Part shown: one piece after another, positions 1-13,688 of the stretch
Layout: each line of letters opens with the position of its first letter
How positions within the stretch are numbered: position 1 is the first letter of the stretch
NCBI RefSeq assembly: GCF_037042905.1
Contig: NC_087252.1
Coordinates: forward strand, 17,672,001 to 17,736,000
Direction: 5' to 3'
Origin: Lytechinus pictus
Lineage: Eukaryota
Length of the DNA: 64,000 bases
Position numbers and translations under genes: made by a program
The notes under the pieces: generated by a model
Told to the model about the DNA's origin: nothing
Databases searched by the model: none
Seen by the model: only the letters and a program-made list of their open reading frames with translations

Positions 1-393
1 TTTCTAAACAATATTCATCAAGCCACAACCAACCAGATTTTAAGGGGGAAACCGGGTCACGTGACCTCCCAGAAGGAAGAGATCCAACGGGATCCCAGGA
101 CAGGTATTTCCTGGGGTGCGGATTCCCCTCTTTACATTTATCATCTATTCAATACAAGATTATCTCATGTGTGAAATAAAATTGGGGGAGAGGCTTCAAG
201 ACCAGAACGTGAATTCTTGGAAGGGGAACCTGCCGGAAGACATCCAGCCGGACTTCCAAACCAGGAGACTTTGGAAAGTTGGGTTCCCCTGTCCCGATTT
301 TCTTGACATAATTAGTATATAGTGCCTCCCCCTGGTGTTGAAATTTGACCGATATAAGAAAAAATACCCACAAAAAAGCGAAAGCCCCAAATA

Positions 394-396
<3 letters not shown>

Positions 397-433
<37 letters not shown>
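397..433. repeat. Poly(T) tract, 37 nt
   Basis: Seen directly. Confidence 0.95.
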
Positions 434-435
<2 letters not shown>

Positions 436-3400
436 AGTGACACTTGGATTTTGGGAGTCCCTTCATGTCAAGGCCATCCCTCCCAAACCATCGCGTCTGG
501 TTTCCTGGTTGCAACTCATGGTTTCGGAAACCCATAAATTATGCTCTCTCTCCCTTGTCCTCTGCACTAGGACCAAAATATACACTATGAGCGTCATCTT
601 CTTTTGTCATGTAATTATACTCGTACTTCAATAATGTCGCCATTATACTAGTATGAGAATTCTATTTTGTGCATTTTGTCGTATAATAATACTCGATAAA
701 ATAAGGGCCACCCTTCCAAAGCACCCCCGATATCATGACTAAGGTAGGATTTGGTCCCATATTCTGCCTCCTCGGCGGCGACCCTAAATGGTAGAATAGA
801 GGGCCGTGCATCGGTGCCGTCGACTTTAAATTATCAAACCATTGCCTCCCCTGGAAAGCTGATGTCAAAGCTACCGATAATAATCAGTCGGTAATTCTGT
901 AACCAAGCCCAACCAAGCCTTAAGTTCAAAAGTGAGTTTTCACGCTCGACAACCCAACCAATTCAATAATCAAGGACAACAACTACGTTAATGATCAATA
1001 AACTATGTAAGCCATCGGAATGGATAGTCAACAATCAAAAAATTATTCCATACAAAGCAATCTCATGCGATCAACGAATGGACGTATCATATAGCATACT
1101 CTTCGTCTACACCTCCAAGTTGTTATAAATATCTCTACATCAATTGGACATTGGCCAACCATTCTCACTCTAAACCATTAACAAGCTTGACAACATCGCA
1201 TCCTTGCTTATTTCATTCCCCCTGCGAGTGAATGTTGTTCGCAAGTTTAAGCCCTCGTAGAACTAAACATAACTCATGCAACGAGAGCTGAAACCAATTC
1301 CACGTCAAGTAGGTCCAGGGTAAAAAACCAGAGATAAAACTCGGTGAGAAGAAACTCTGGAAAACCTTCGGATCCACTTTTGCGGAAATGTGAAACAACA
1401 AATCAACAAATGTCTTGGCACACCTTAAAAAGGAGTACCCTTCTTTCAACTAATTTCAACTTAATGTCAATTAGGGGGTCATCGAAGTGACTCTAACATG
1501 AAATAATTTGAGGCCAAAGAATATATCAAATTAATGTATAGCCAAACCATGCTAGTAATTCTATCATTATTGTACAACCCAACTGTTTGATGAAATGCCA
1601 TACAAAATCAATCTCCACAACTATTTGATAAATGTGTATTTCTATTCAAGTGAACAAACTGTGGCCTCCATAACCGTTAAATAAGACCATTGAATTTTAT
1701 CATCCCTGGTAACAGTTCATGCATTAGGAAATTTTGCATGATTTTCTCATGTGTAATGTTTATGTAGGAATGCCTTCCTTCAAGCTAAGAACCGGGATTT
1801 TTTATTTTATTTTTTCTCTCTCTTTTTTTTTTCGTTTTTGGTCACCAGTGTGAATCGAAACAAATAATATCCATTCCACATCGATTAATGAAGTTAAATG
1901 GGGGCATAAAAATCAAGGCGTGCATTCCCACATTCAAGTTGGCTTCATATATGAGATCGCCTCTTACAACAGGTGAGGTTATGTCTTAAAGGAAGAGACA
2001 TATATAAGCACATAAATGCACCAGAGGGACATGCCTCACAGTTTTTGTTTATATTCTTGGTTATCGATGCTTCAACCGGCTTTGCATGGCTGCCCAGAAT
2101 TGCAAATAGATACGAACTGAAGGTGTTCCTATAATGCCCCCTTTTTCCAAGGTTTTTTAGTTTTCTCCGAAAGGGTTATACTTCTCAACAACTTCGAGAT
2201 TATTCATGTTTCCTTTTCAAGTCTGGACTTGATCTTGATCACTGCATTTCTCAACCTCTCGTCTATTTAGAGCATTACGTTAAACCATAAATCCGGCATC
2301 TTCAAATAAATCCGGATTTCTCATCTTGCAGTGTGAAAACCTTTGCAACCACTCTCATCCAATGTGAACCATAGTAAGCCAAGTCTAAGCCCTGTCCCTT
2401 CGTACACCAGTCCAGGTCAAGCTTAGCTAAGTCTCCTCGTACATCAGTCTGGGTCTAGGTTTGATCATTTGTGCCCTGGCCAATTAACTTCAGACTCCAC
2501 GTCCCTGGAGAGGTAAAAAACAAACAAATCTTCCGGCAGAGTATTGTTCAACACAACGTGACAAGAATGTGTGCAAGGAATTCCATACCTGTTCCCTTAT
2601 ACTTTCCACAACTAATCGCCTTAACTTGCAACGCTCCAGAATTGCAATAAAAGGGGATTTTCCAAGGCGCCCTTTTAAAAAGTATGCCAATGAATTTGTG
2701 AATCCCGCACTCGTTCCCTTCACTTTTCACAACTAGGAGCCGAACCTACAGCGTTGGGTAAGCTTTAACATGGCAATAAATGGGGTTTTCCAGGGCTCTT
2801 TTGAGCATTTCGGGGGGGGGGGGGGGCACAAACGCCCTCAACTTCCCCTCCTCACCCGGAATGATACAATCGACGTATATTTTATTGTGGTTATGTTTTA
2901 TCTTTACGCCATCTTATAAACTCGAGGCCGGCGAGAAGGGATAAGTGGTACGGACACTGGGCATACATTGACTACATTTCCGAACTGAAATTTGGTAATA
3001 GAGGTCTATAAAAAATGACGTATCTTAGCATTCCCCAACCTCATCAAGCAACTAAGCTGCTAGTTAATTCATGTAGGTCCAGAACAGGATGAAGTTGACC
3101 AAGCAAATAACTATTATTACACACGCCCAATGGACAGCAAAATACGGATTACGGTACATCGACCTATACCTCTACCATAGTATACCATCTATCTCAATGA
3201 ATAATATCGTTGTAGTACCGGTAGGCGAATGCAGTTTATTTCATCATATTTATCGTATCCCTGTTCACACCGAAGGCAGCCACCCCAAGTTTCATTTATA
3301 GCCCCTATCCTGTTCATTTTGGGGAATTTGGTTACAAAATGCCAGCTGATCAATGGGCTCAAATTATCGTGGGATCCAGCTTGGTGTATGGAGCATCGTT

Positions 3401-4739
3401 TATTTCTTTTTTGTTTATTTTGTAGCATGAGCCGGGACTCAGCTGGCGAAACAGAATTGTTGATCCTTCAATTAGATCCAATACAAAAAACTCATATTGT
3501 GATAGGTTTTGACCTAATATTTGATAATTCAACTCAGTCCACTGTTCAACGCTGCCTTTCCGAGTGGGGCGCGACGCCAAGCCCTCTGATTCGACCCTTA
3601 CCAACGCTCTCATAAAGTCATATTGAATCAACTTAACTCATGGAGCAACTCAACTCCAGTCGCAAACCAAGCCGAGTCGAAGCTAGCCTAGGTCCTTCAG
3701 TTTCCATTTATCCTGCATTCCCACAACCACATTAGAAATATATTGAAAAGTGTTCGGTCCTATTAGGCCTAGATCGATATCGTAATCGTATATCATAGTT
3801 GGCCCTAGAACCAAAGCCAAAGGGGTTATAGGGATAGATCCAGGCCCAGAGAACATTTAGTCTGAGTTGGAACTTTGAATTTGGTCAATAGATATAGGCC
3901 TAGATCTAGTATCACAAGTTATAACGTTAGAGTTCCGGGCCCCAAGTTAAGTAATAGCTATACTATAGCGGCCGGTTCAGGCCAAATTCATTTAAGGTCT
4001 AACGTTAGGTCAAGATGTGCAACTACAAGTACAAACATGGATCCAAACACTCACCGGGTCAAGATATATACACTGTGGTCCGGGCCCTAACTCCACTCCA
4101 TTCGCATCAACAATCAATTAGGCCTAGATCCAGCTCCATCGAACTCGAAGCATCGCCGGCAGTTTTTATCACAGGCACAGCCTCAAAAGACAATCGGCCT
4201 AAGTTGTACTCATAGGAGAACAACTCCGGCAAATATCCTCATTCACGGCATTGGTCAGAGCTTCCGTTTGACTGAAGTACTTATTATTCCTGTGGAAGCT
4301 GATGTATATTCCAACTCTGCAGTCTCACCGATAGACCGTGGCAAAATAGCGGTCGATCTAACGTTAGACCTCTAACGAGAACGGTGATCCCGGCCTAACT
4401 GAGATAGTCCCTGTACTCTGTAGGGGTTCGGTAATTCAGCGTTGTATCCGTCCATCCCTTCACTGCACTCTGCAGCTCCACCAGCGTGTCGTCAGCGAGA
4501 TCTGGACGCCTACTAGCCATTCATAATGTTGATAAAAACGCTGAGAATTAATTTTCCCGGGATCCATTTTATCCTGACATCCCTGTGACCTGGGATGAGC
4601 AATACTAGTACTTGAATTGTTTGTATTAGCCTGCTAAAGTGAGGCCTAAACTATGATGATCCAAGAACGGTTTCACTGATAGCGAACTACAAATTAACGT
4701 CTTGCATCCCCCAGAGCTTAGTTGAGAATGAACATGTGC

Positions 4740-5030
4740 TTCCAAATCTGTCGCGTATTGCGCACGTCCCTGAATTCTTTCCATGCATTTCATTGGTTCT
4801 TTTTAGCGTAGAGGCTGTGCCCCCGTTGCCGTTGCCTGGCTGTCACCAAGGGCGCTGTGTAACGGCGCCATCCATGATATGCCCAGCCAATCACAGACAT
4901 GTTGCTGGGGGCGTGTCCTTGGAGAATTCCCGCGGAATCGCAGGGGCGCACTTTGTTTTCGCGGGCCGTGTATGGCTTGCCAATAATTGGTTTTTTGAGA
5001 AGACCTGTCTTCTCTCGCAAACTATCTTCT
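4740..5030 (-). promoter_or_regulatory. CpG-rich promoter-like segment
   Basis: Local GC/CpG enrichment; CCAAT boxes (cagccaatca ~4884, ccaat/attgg ~4980); GC-box-like gggggcgtgt. Orientation is inferred. Confidence 0.4.
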
Positions 5031-6244
5031 TCGCTTATTCGAATAATCTTATTTTAATGGAATTTTTACATAACAAATTTTAATTTTGATTCTCAAGGTG
5101 GTGGTGGAAGGGACGGGCCGGGTGTACCCCCCCCCCCCTGGATCCGCCAGTGATTATTCCGAAAGATTAAAACATATAATCATTTCATGAATAATGTTTA
5201 CTTGCTTGATGAAGTAATAAACGCTCTATGAGATACTAGTAGACGACTGACGTTGAAAACGTGACCAGTAATGAGTCTGGTATCCTTACGTACAAATAAA
5301 AGACTTTTAAAATGTATGATTTAGGTTGAGATGGGGATTAATGTTTACAAGTCCAAAATGATGCAAGTACGTATCTTGGGGGGATAGGCCATGACATCCT
5401 CAGAGCATAGAAACAAGGAAAAAATAAAACCTACAATCTAAGAAAATCAAAAGCAATGATTAGTTGCAATATCAAAGAGTTTGACCTCAACAAAAAAAAC
5501 AGTCCACAGACATCAGATCAATCCGGCTAAAATCCGGATGTTGGAAAATCCTGGCGAAAGTTTGCAAATAACTTGACTTTTCATAGACACAAAATTGAGA
5601 GAAGCGAGTTGGTAAACATGATACACGTGACGTGATAACGGTGGCTTCCAAACTGTAGAGTAACACTTATTTTTGTATATTCTTGATCCTTACGATTTTT
5701 GGTTTGTAGAATAATGCTGGTGATATAGAGTGTATATGCGAAATTCATGCAAATGATGAAAATTTACAATAACCGTAGATGATTTAGAAAGGTGGTGTAT
5801 ATTACTTCTAGATGGTTTTTTCTTGTGTTGTATACCCTTTGGGTACTATGGTAAATGATTTCAATGCATTTATAAGTTTATTCATAATCATTTTCATGCC
5901 ATATTCCTGTTATATGGCATGTTCTCGATATTATTTAAAACATAAATAAAATCGATGAGCAATGACAATAAACATACAAGTCTAATTCGATGTCTATACA
6001 AACGGAAATAATAAGAACCTCAATTTCATTCATGACATCTCAAATCGGAATAACCTTCAAGAAAAATGTAAAACAGAAATGTCCAATCATTTTGTTCAGA
6101 GCCTAAGAATGAAGGGAGCAATAGTGATAACATGAACCTACAATTACATGTACATATTTTGTTTAATTATTCATAACGTTTTTTGCACTTTTCGATTGCA
6201 TTAAGCCGTGTAATAAATTTAATCACCTATATTTGGTTCATTTG

Positions 6245-6607
6245 AACTTCAAATTTATTTACAAATCTTTGCCAATTCTTTGAGGGATCCACACTCAACA
6301 AGCCCTGCTTCTTATTGGATACCTAGATTTCCTCAACTTTTATTTTATAAAAAAAATGTATAAAAGTAGCCTTCCAAACCCATATTAACTGTATATATCG
6401 TTATTGATTCTGATCATCACATTGTTTAGTGTTTTACCATAAACACTTAATTCTCTTGCATAGTCATGTTGCTTACATTGTATGTTAAATTCTATAGATT
6501 TGTATGGTTATTTATTTATAAAAGTTTATATCTTTGTTATCATTTCATATGCTGTATATAGTTGAGTTGAGAATATTGAATAAACCAAAGTTAAAACTTA
6601 AACTTGA
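6245..6607 (+). mobile_element. 3' UTR fragment of a CR1/L2-group LINE
   Basis: Absent from units 2 and 3. Contains a stem-loop (ggatcc..acaagccctgctt..ggatacc), aataaa and an (aaactt)n tail. Confidence 0.55.
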
Positions 6608-7660
6608 TTTAAGATTGCCCAATCAAATAAGAAAACAGTTCATCTGGTTTCATACTGTTTTTTTTCTGAAAGTGTATTGTTCATTCTTGATCTCGTGTAA
6701 AGCACGAAGTGTAAATTGTTGACCAAAGGTACTATTATATATACATATCACTAACCCTTGCTAATTCCGCAGTTATTTCGCCAAATAAATGTATAGTAAA
6801 TCGACAATGCTACGTGCATTGTATCTTGTTTGATCTTATAATACTAATTTTTCGATTTAATGACCTACTGTTAAACGTTTCAAATTAACTTGTAGATAAA
6901 AAAAAATATTAGAATACATTACCTGATGAATTCGAATAGTGCCCTTCAATCTATGTGTTCAAGAAGATGCTTAAAGTATACATCCAAAGAATCAAAAGTA
7001 TTTTATAATGACTTTATGTGGTCATCATTGTAAAGGGGAAGTATTACTAATCAGATATATAACTTCACTTTTCAAAATAGTGATCAGAGATTGCAGAAAT
7101 CAGCTCTCAAAAATGATTTATTTTCATGCCATATTTCTGCCTTCCACCGGTCCTCTTGCGAGCTCCAGCTGAGTGACGTCACACAATGAGCAGTGAGCAG
7201 CTGAGCTGACAGCAGCCCATTGGAGACGATCTTTCCAATCAGCGTTTTTTGTTCTTAGAATTGTTTATTCCCCTTAAGATTGGTCTTGTTATATAGATAA
7301 AAGTTTGAATTTACTGAACAGTGAAAAAAAGTGCACATTTAACGTATTTTGGTAACCGATATTTAGCTTAGAATTTTTTTTTTTTCAAGAAATATATGTG
7401 AATAAACAAAGCATATTTTCACGTAGAAATCACACTTGCGTCACATTAATGTTATAGTCAATATAAAGCATAGACATTCTTCTTTATGACTGAACAAAAA
7501 TTATGAAATTTCATTAAGTAGCAAAGTCAGGAACCACAAAAAAAACACGGCAATATCCATCGCGAAATGACTGAAATTGCAGTTGAATTGCCGAAGCATT
7601 AATAGGAAACAGCGGCGAGCGGACTTTCTTTCATATATCTTAAAAATGTCTTCCTTTTAG

Positions 7661-7741
7661 GGCGATGGTCTGTGGCCAAATGCGTTGGCCATTGTTTTGT
7701 CATGTGCGAGGACCCTGGTTCGAAACTCGGATTTTTTTTTT
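7661..7741 (+). other. Degenerate tRNA-like Pol III cassette inside the Kolobok-type element
   Basis: Box A-like tggccaaatgcg, box B ggttcgaaact, followed by a T-run; acceptor stem does not pair. Confidence 0.4.
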
Positions 7742-8593
7742 CTGGGTATTTTTTTTTTTATTCCTTCCCCGTCCCTACCCATCTTTTTTTTCTCTTTTTA
7801 TTTTCTTGTGAAATTCTATTCAGACCTGTATTTATCAAATCTTGCTTCGTAATTGCTGCTTTTGATTTTCAAGTTCTTGATTAGATTATTTCTACTCTTA
7901 TTTGGGATGGGAGGGGTAGAGTTAAAAGTCAAGTCCACATCAACTAAAAATTATTTGAATAGAGTGATTTCCCTTGTTGTTTTTACTCAAAACAGTCATA
8001 TACACAAAACAATGATATGCAAATTACAGTTGTCACTCACATCACATTCGTTTCTATTTTTTGTGGCATTTTGTTTTTTATTCTTTGCAGATTTGACGAT
8101 AGGAAACTCTTCAACTGATCACAATAGGTTATATTTACGGAACTGTTAAAATAGTAATTATATAAATTTGAATCAAAGTTTTTATGAAATTTCCTGCAAT
8201 ATCTTGTTATTTTTCTTTAAATTCAAATGAATTTTTGATTGCGTGGACTTCTCCTTTACTCTTAATGTAGGGAATGCATAGCAAAATTTATCCAGAAACA
8301 AAATTGTCTTAGAATATGCAAATCAGTAATTGGACACATGTTCACTTTTCTTTCATCCAGGCCACTTCCTCACATCCACCAGGCTTTCAGTCTTATAACA
8401 AAAATGATGAACCATCACACAACATTCACAGTGCTTCACAATAAATATTTCACTTCTGTTCATACATGCAATAAATATTGTGGAAAACAAATAAAAGGCG
8501 TACCCATATTCAAATACCGTTTAAAAGGACAAATATATTATACCTTTCGAGAAAAATCAGCACGTTAAATATCTGATAACAAAACATAATTAT

Positions 8594-8764
8594 GGGGCAC
8601 TGCAAGAAACTTATGTTCAATTGCAAATCAAGCGTAAGTCTTAAATTCAAATTCAAGCGTAATAAGGTCGAGTTGCAATCGCAATTCAACTACATGTTTA
8701 ATCAAAGGACTTACCCTTGATTTGGGACGTGTGATTGAGTATAACATTTCTCGCAAAATGCCCT
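8594..8764. mobile_element. Small degenerate MITE (GGGC-terminal, possibly PIF/Harbinger-like)
   Basis: Imperfect TIR ggggcactgcaagaaac..tcaat / attga..tttctcgcaaaatgccc. Confidence 0.5.
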
Positions 8765-9232
8765 AGTAACATTAAAATTGTTCTTTCGTTTTAAATTGTG
8801 TGTTATTATTTTTGACAAGCTGTATTCCTGTCCAAGTCAAATTTCTTAGTTCTCTCCAAAACTGTGCTCAAAATTGTTTCCAAGATTGATAAAGAAATTT
8901 TTTCTTTTGTATCATTATCAGTCCACAACTTGCAAACCGTAGGTCCTGGAAGGAGTGAAGAAAAAAATGGCTATATCCAAATCATAGTAAAAGGACATGA
9001 TGGAATCTCCCAGATTGAGGTAGCAAGCAGAGACCAGAAGTCACCAGAGTCAGCAATTGTGCAGATCTGTGTGTAGAAGAGAGAAAAAAAGAAATAGTTT
9101 AAATAATCAAATCAAAGTATGAATTTAATTATCGTGATGATTGATGACGTGCGGTGGCATGTAATTCCCGGTCAACAACAAATGATAGTAGGTTTAGACT
9201 CCTGAAAAGTTCCACTCAGAACACTGGTGCTC

Positions 9233-9389
9233 TACCTCAAGTGATGTTTGTGTAGGCCCCACTCCACTTCACTACCGCTACACTACCGTACATGTACGCC
9301 ACACCTACCCGGGTAGGTGTGTAGCGTAGTGTAGGCTGTAGCAGTACTCCAGTAGTGAAGTGGAGACTACACGAACATCACTTGAGGTA
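9233..9389. mobile_element. Palindromic MITE (hAT-like, 8-bp TSD) nested in the Kolobok-type element
   Basis: TIR tacctcaagtgatgtt / aacatcacttgaggta; central perfect palindrome cacacctacccgggtaggtgtg; TSD tggtgctc / cggtgctc. Confidence 0.8.
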
Positions 9390-9512
9390 CGGTGCTCTCT
9401 GAGTCTCTGTGTCATTACAAAGATTGCATTTATCTTCATTGTTGAAGGCATTACGCATACATATATGCAGCAACACTCTAATCAGAAAGAAACACCAGAC
9501 TCTAATTTTGGC

Positions 9513-10089
9513 CCACCCAAGGGTTCATTACACTGCCGCCGCGCACAGAAAATTCAAGCCATAGAAGTCGTGGACCCAAGAAGTGAGATCCCAGCACGCG
9601 CGACCCACTAGTTAGAAATCCACTGCCAAACGCGGTTCGTGGTTAGTATACTAATACTAACCTCGCAATACGTGTGAGTGATTTTGGCCAGGAATCAGGG
9701 TAATCACTGCTGAAAATTTGTCTGGCTTCATGACATCGGCATCATGGTGATATAATTCTGTGTATAATAAAAACTTAAACATTCCTCTGAAACAGCAGAT
9801 TTTCAGCCATGGTCCATACCACTCAGTGCTCCTAAATAATTTAATCGCCTGCCTGAGTCCTGACCAGTTTTAGAAATCTGAAGAAAAAATCTGCTGGAAT
9901 TGTGCCACTCACACGTATTAAGTATACTAACCTCGCACCACGAACCGCGTTTGGCAGTGGATTTCTAACTAGTGGGTCGCGCGTGCTTAGCCTGGAGGCG
10001 TCTGGGATCTCACTTCTTGGGTCCACAACACACGACTTCTATGGCTTGATTTTTCTGTGCGTGGCGGCATGTAATGAACCCTTGGGTGG
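9513..10089. mobile_element. Long-TIR (foldback) MITE nested in the Kolobok-type element
   Basis: About 130-150-bp inverted repeats (ccacccaagggttcattaca...gcggttcgtgg versus its reverse complement). TSD degenerate. Confidence 0.8.
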
Positions 10090-10943
10090 AATTGTGCAAA
10101 AACATTATTTCTAAAATAAAAACTTTTTAATTTTAATAGTAGTTATGCCAAAATGCATGATTCTAAACTTATATCAGATCTGTATCTGTCATCTGACCTG
10201 AATGCATCGTCAGAACAAGTACAGTTTCCAAACATGCTTACCTTGACTTTTGACTGGATCAAACAGCGTAGCCTGCAACATGCATCGGGAGCAAGTGAAT
10301 GGGACCGTGCAGCTTGGAGTTTTTCAATAGTTAGTAGAGCAACACAACGAAGACTGTCGAGTGGACAAAATCGATCTTTCCAGTTCACAATTCAATAAAA
10401 AACGGGCAAAATAACACAGTTCTGGTTCCCTTATAGTCTGAAGTTGTCGAAAACAGAATTCGGATGTCACATTACATGAAGAAAACGGTAAATTCGGAAG
10501 ATATTGAAGAGGTCAGTAAGGTGATTCAGTGTATTATGCACAGAGGGATGATGAGCTCGATTATTGTGTGACGTCATTATTCTCGACTGTTTTCACTGCG
10601 TGAACTTTCGGTCTGGGGGCGGCTGGGGGGCTTAGAATGGTCTCTAATAATTTCATTTCTTGCATTTCCACGACATCAATAAGACTTTTTAGTGACATAT
10701 TTGTGTATAAAAAGACAAGACCTTTCCATTCATATATAATTTGTCTATAATCATCACTTTCGTGAATTTTCTTTGGATGTATACTTTAAGTCGCATTTGC
10801 TTTGATATATGCTTTGATATATTACAAGGGTTACTAATTTCAAGCTAAAGCTCAAGGGCTCACGGATGGGAATTGATGAAGATCTTACTTCCAGGAACAG
10901 ATCATTACTTGAACATGTAAAGAAAGCTGTTGAAACCAAGGAC

Positions 10944-13352
10944 CATGGGTGTCGATCCGTATTCTTGGTTGGGGGGGATGATTGACACAAATGTTCTTGT
11001 GGATGCATGGGATCTTTCAATATTACCCCCACTAAAATCACAAGTTAGGACATTTGGGAGTGGTTGATCTGCATGGTGTTCTTGCAGTGGCGTACCGTGA
11101 GTCACGGCATTGGGGGGCACCAGCAAAATTTTTGAGTCACTTAGTGAGCGCACGAAGCGCGCTCAGTTGCCAGGTATACTGACCTGATAGGGACATTTTA
11201 ATGAGTGCCATTAAACGGATATGTATCTCACTGCTCAAATAATGCGAGCGCGAAGCGCGAGCTGAAAATTTTTGATATGCAGACCAAAAAAGGACATTAT
11301 AAGCAAATTTTTGTAATCATGATACATACCTGTCTCGCTAAACAAACAATGTTAGCGCGAAGCGCGAGCTGAAATTTTTGTAAATATTGACCCCAAACAA
11401 GGACAAGTTAAGGACTATATTTTAGGAATCCATTAAGAGTATACATATCTCACCATGGTCATCTAATGCGAGTGCAAAGCGCTTGCTGATTTTGCTACAT
11501 CTAAACACATGAAGCACTTTTTGTAGTCATTGTAATCATGATATAACGCATCTCACTCATCAAATATTGCGAGTGCGAAGCGCGAGCTGAAAATTTAGGA
11601 TATTCAGACCTGAAGAGAGGCATTCTAAGGCCTGTTTGTAAGAATTCACTAAGACCATACGATACGTATTTCACTAAACAAATGATGCGAGCGCGAAGCG
11701 CGAGCTGAAAATTTTTGATATTCAGATCAGAAAAAGGGACATTTTAAGGACTGATTTTTAGGAATTCATGAAGAGCAGACATATCTCACCAATCTACTAG
11801 TGCGAACGTAAGCACGGACAGGAAATGTTTTATATTAACACCTTAAAATGGGGCAATCACTTTAAGTAGTCATGAAAAAGAACCATATGTCACTACATAA
11901 AACAATAATAAGTCGAAGTGCGAGGAAATATATTTGGTGTATATTGACTTAAAAACGTTAAACAGACAATGCGAGTACCGGGAACAATGAAGACATCTAG
12001 GCCTGAGCAAAATAAAGTTATGAAAAAATGTTTCTTATGTATTATAACATAACATTATTATAATATAACATTATAATGAACAATAATTTCTTCATTCCCA
12101 TTACGTTTCTCTTCCTTTCTCCCTCTTTTTCTCCTCTTCCCCGTTTTTTTTTTTGGCCAGACGATTGGGGGGGGGGCACGTGCCCCCCCATGCCCCCCCC
12201 CCCCCCGTAGATACGCCACTGTGTTCTTGGAAATTCCTTCATTGTTGCAGTGTACTGTACTTATATAATTTTTTTGAAAATTCAATTTGTGTTACAAGTA
12301 AGCCTATTCTAAACTCATACGAAAGAAAAAATGACAAAAATTGTCTGGACCATGTACAAAGTGATCTGTTTATTGAGCATGATGTATACAACTTCTCTCT
12401 TAAATCTAACCCGACTGGCAATATCTTTTTTCTTCTTAATGCATGATGATAAAATGCAGATTCGGACAAATTAAGACTAGCACAAATTACAAACTGTGTG
12501 GCTTCTCGTGCGCCATCGGGCTTACCGTCATTCCTTAGACGATTTTAACCCTGGATTTTAACATGTTTTAAATGCTTTATAAGTGCATGAAACAAAAACA
12601 AACATAAAAAAAAATCAAAACTCAACTGTCATGTTATGATATTTCTCCAACATTTTCTTGAACCATCAGTGTGTAATATCAGCTAATATATGTGTTAAAA
12701 TGAAATTAACGTACCGCATGAGTGTGCTCATATAGAATGCAAAACTGTCATCCCTTTCCAAACTCAAAAGAGATTTCTTTTTGCCAAAATAAGAAAAAAT
12801 CAATCAAGTTTAGTAATTCAAGTCCATAACAATAACAAGAATAACATGGAAAAAAAAAACATCCGATGTTCATATCCGAAGATACGCTTTAGAGACAAAT
12901 GAATGATTATTCTTTCTGAAACCATTAATTTATTTCACTTATTAAAAAATTGTAAAAATATGATCATATTACCACTGGTGGGATGCAACACCCTATCAAC
13001 AAAAGTTGTTTTTCGTCGGGGTCCTTTTATGTCATGTGTTAAAAAATATCATATACATAAACATTTCATTCTTTTTCATCTTGAACCTCCACCCATCTGT
13101 TTAAAAGTCCTGGAAAAAATGTTTTTATTCAATAACAATATACACAAATTGCGAGGGAAACAAACTGATTGATGGCATACTATAATCATCACTATAATCA
13201 TCATGATCAAACTTTTCATTTTTTCATCATCATTATTATAAATTTTCTACCCTAAATTATTGGGGGGGATGATAATACAGGCCATCCCCCCCCCACTTGA
13301 AATATTGGGGGGGGGATATATCCCCCCATCCCCCCCGTGATCGACACCCATG
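10944..13352. mobile_element. Non-autonomous hAT-type element inserted in LINE ORF1
   Basis: TIR catgggtgtcgatc / gatcgacacccatg; exact 8-bp TSD ccaaggac (10936-10943, 13353-13360). Confidence 0.92.
11085..12221 (+). mobile_element. hAT-type MITE with internal ~115-bp tandem repeats, nested in the previous element
   Basis: TIR cagtggcgta / tacgccactg; exact 8-bp TSD tgttcttg; repeated gcgagcgcgaagcgcgagctgaaa. Confidence 0.92.
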
Positions 13353-13688
13353 CCAAGGACTATCTTGATGCAGCGTGGTCTGTCGATGGGAAGATTACCG
13401 TCCTTGTGAAAAAACCTGGTTGTAGACCAGAAAAGAAACGTATAAAATCTGAAAGTGATATTACGAAACTGTTACTACAGTGAATAGGACATTACATGTA
13501 TCTGACTACTTGGCAGAGTCTGTACTTCTGTCTGTGCCTTGCAGTGGGACCACATAAATTAATGAACATAATAGACTACTTGCGGACTTTACATGTGCAC
13601 ATTTTTAACACATTGTATTTTGTTTATTTCTTGTTTACATGTGTGCTGATTAATATCCCTGTTTTCATTGTGTGTCTGTTAGTAGTGT

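Larger units (their letters stand above)
6975..10785. mobile_element. Non-autonomous Kolobok-type DNA transposon, 3.8 kb
   Basis: Perfect 17-bp TIR agtatacatccaaagaa / ttctttggatgtatact, with TTAA on both sides (6971-6974, 10786-10789). The paralogous empty site is near 33070 (atgctaaagtccc). Confidence 0.88.

Noticed and set aside
149..535. Poly-Lys ORF
   Set aside because: Produced by the T37 homopolymer; no recognisable domain.
11150..11830. CRISPR-like array of gcgagcgcgaagcgcgagctgaaa repeats
   Set aside because: The intervening segments resemble each other, the array lies inside a TIR/TSD-bounded MITE with a second copy at 54485, and there are no cas genes.
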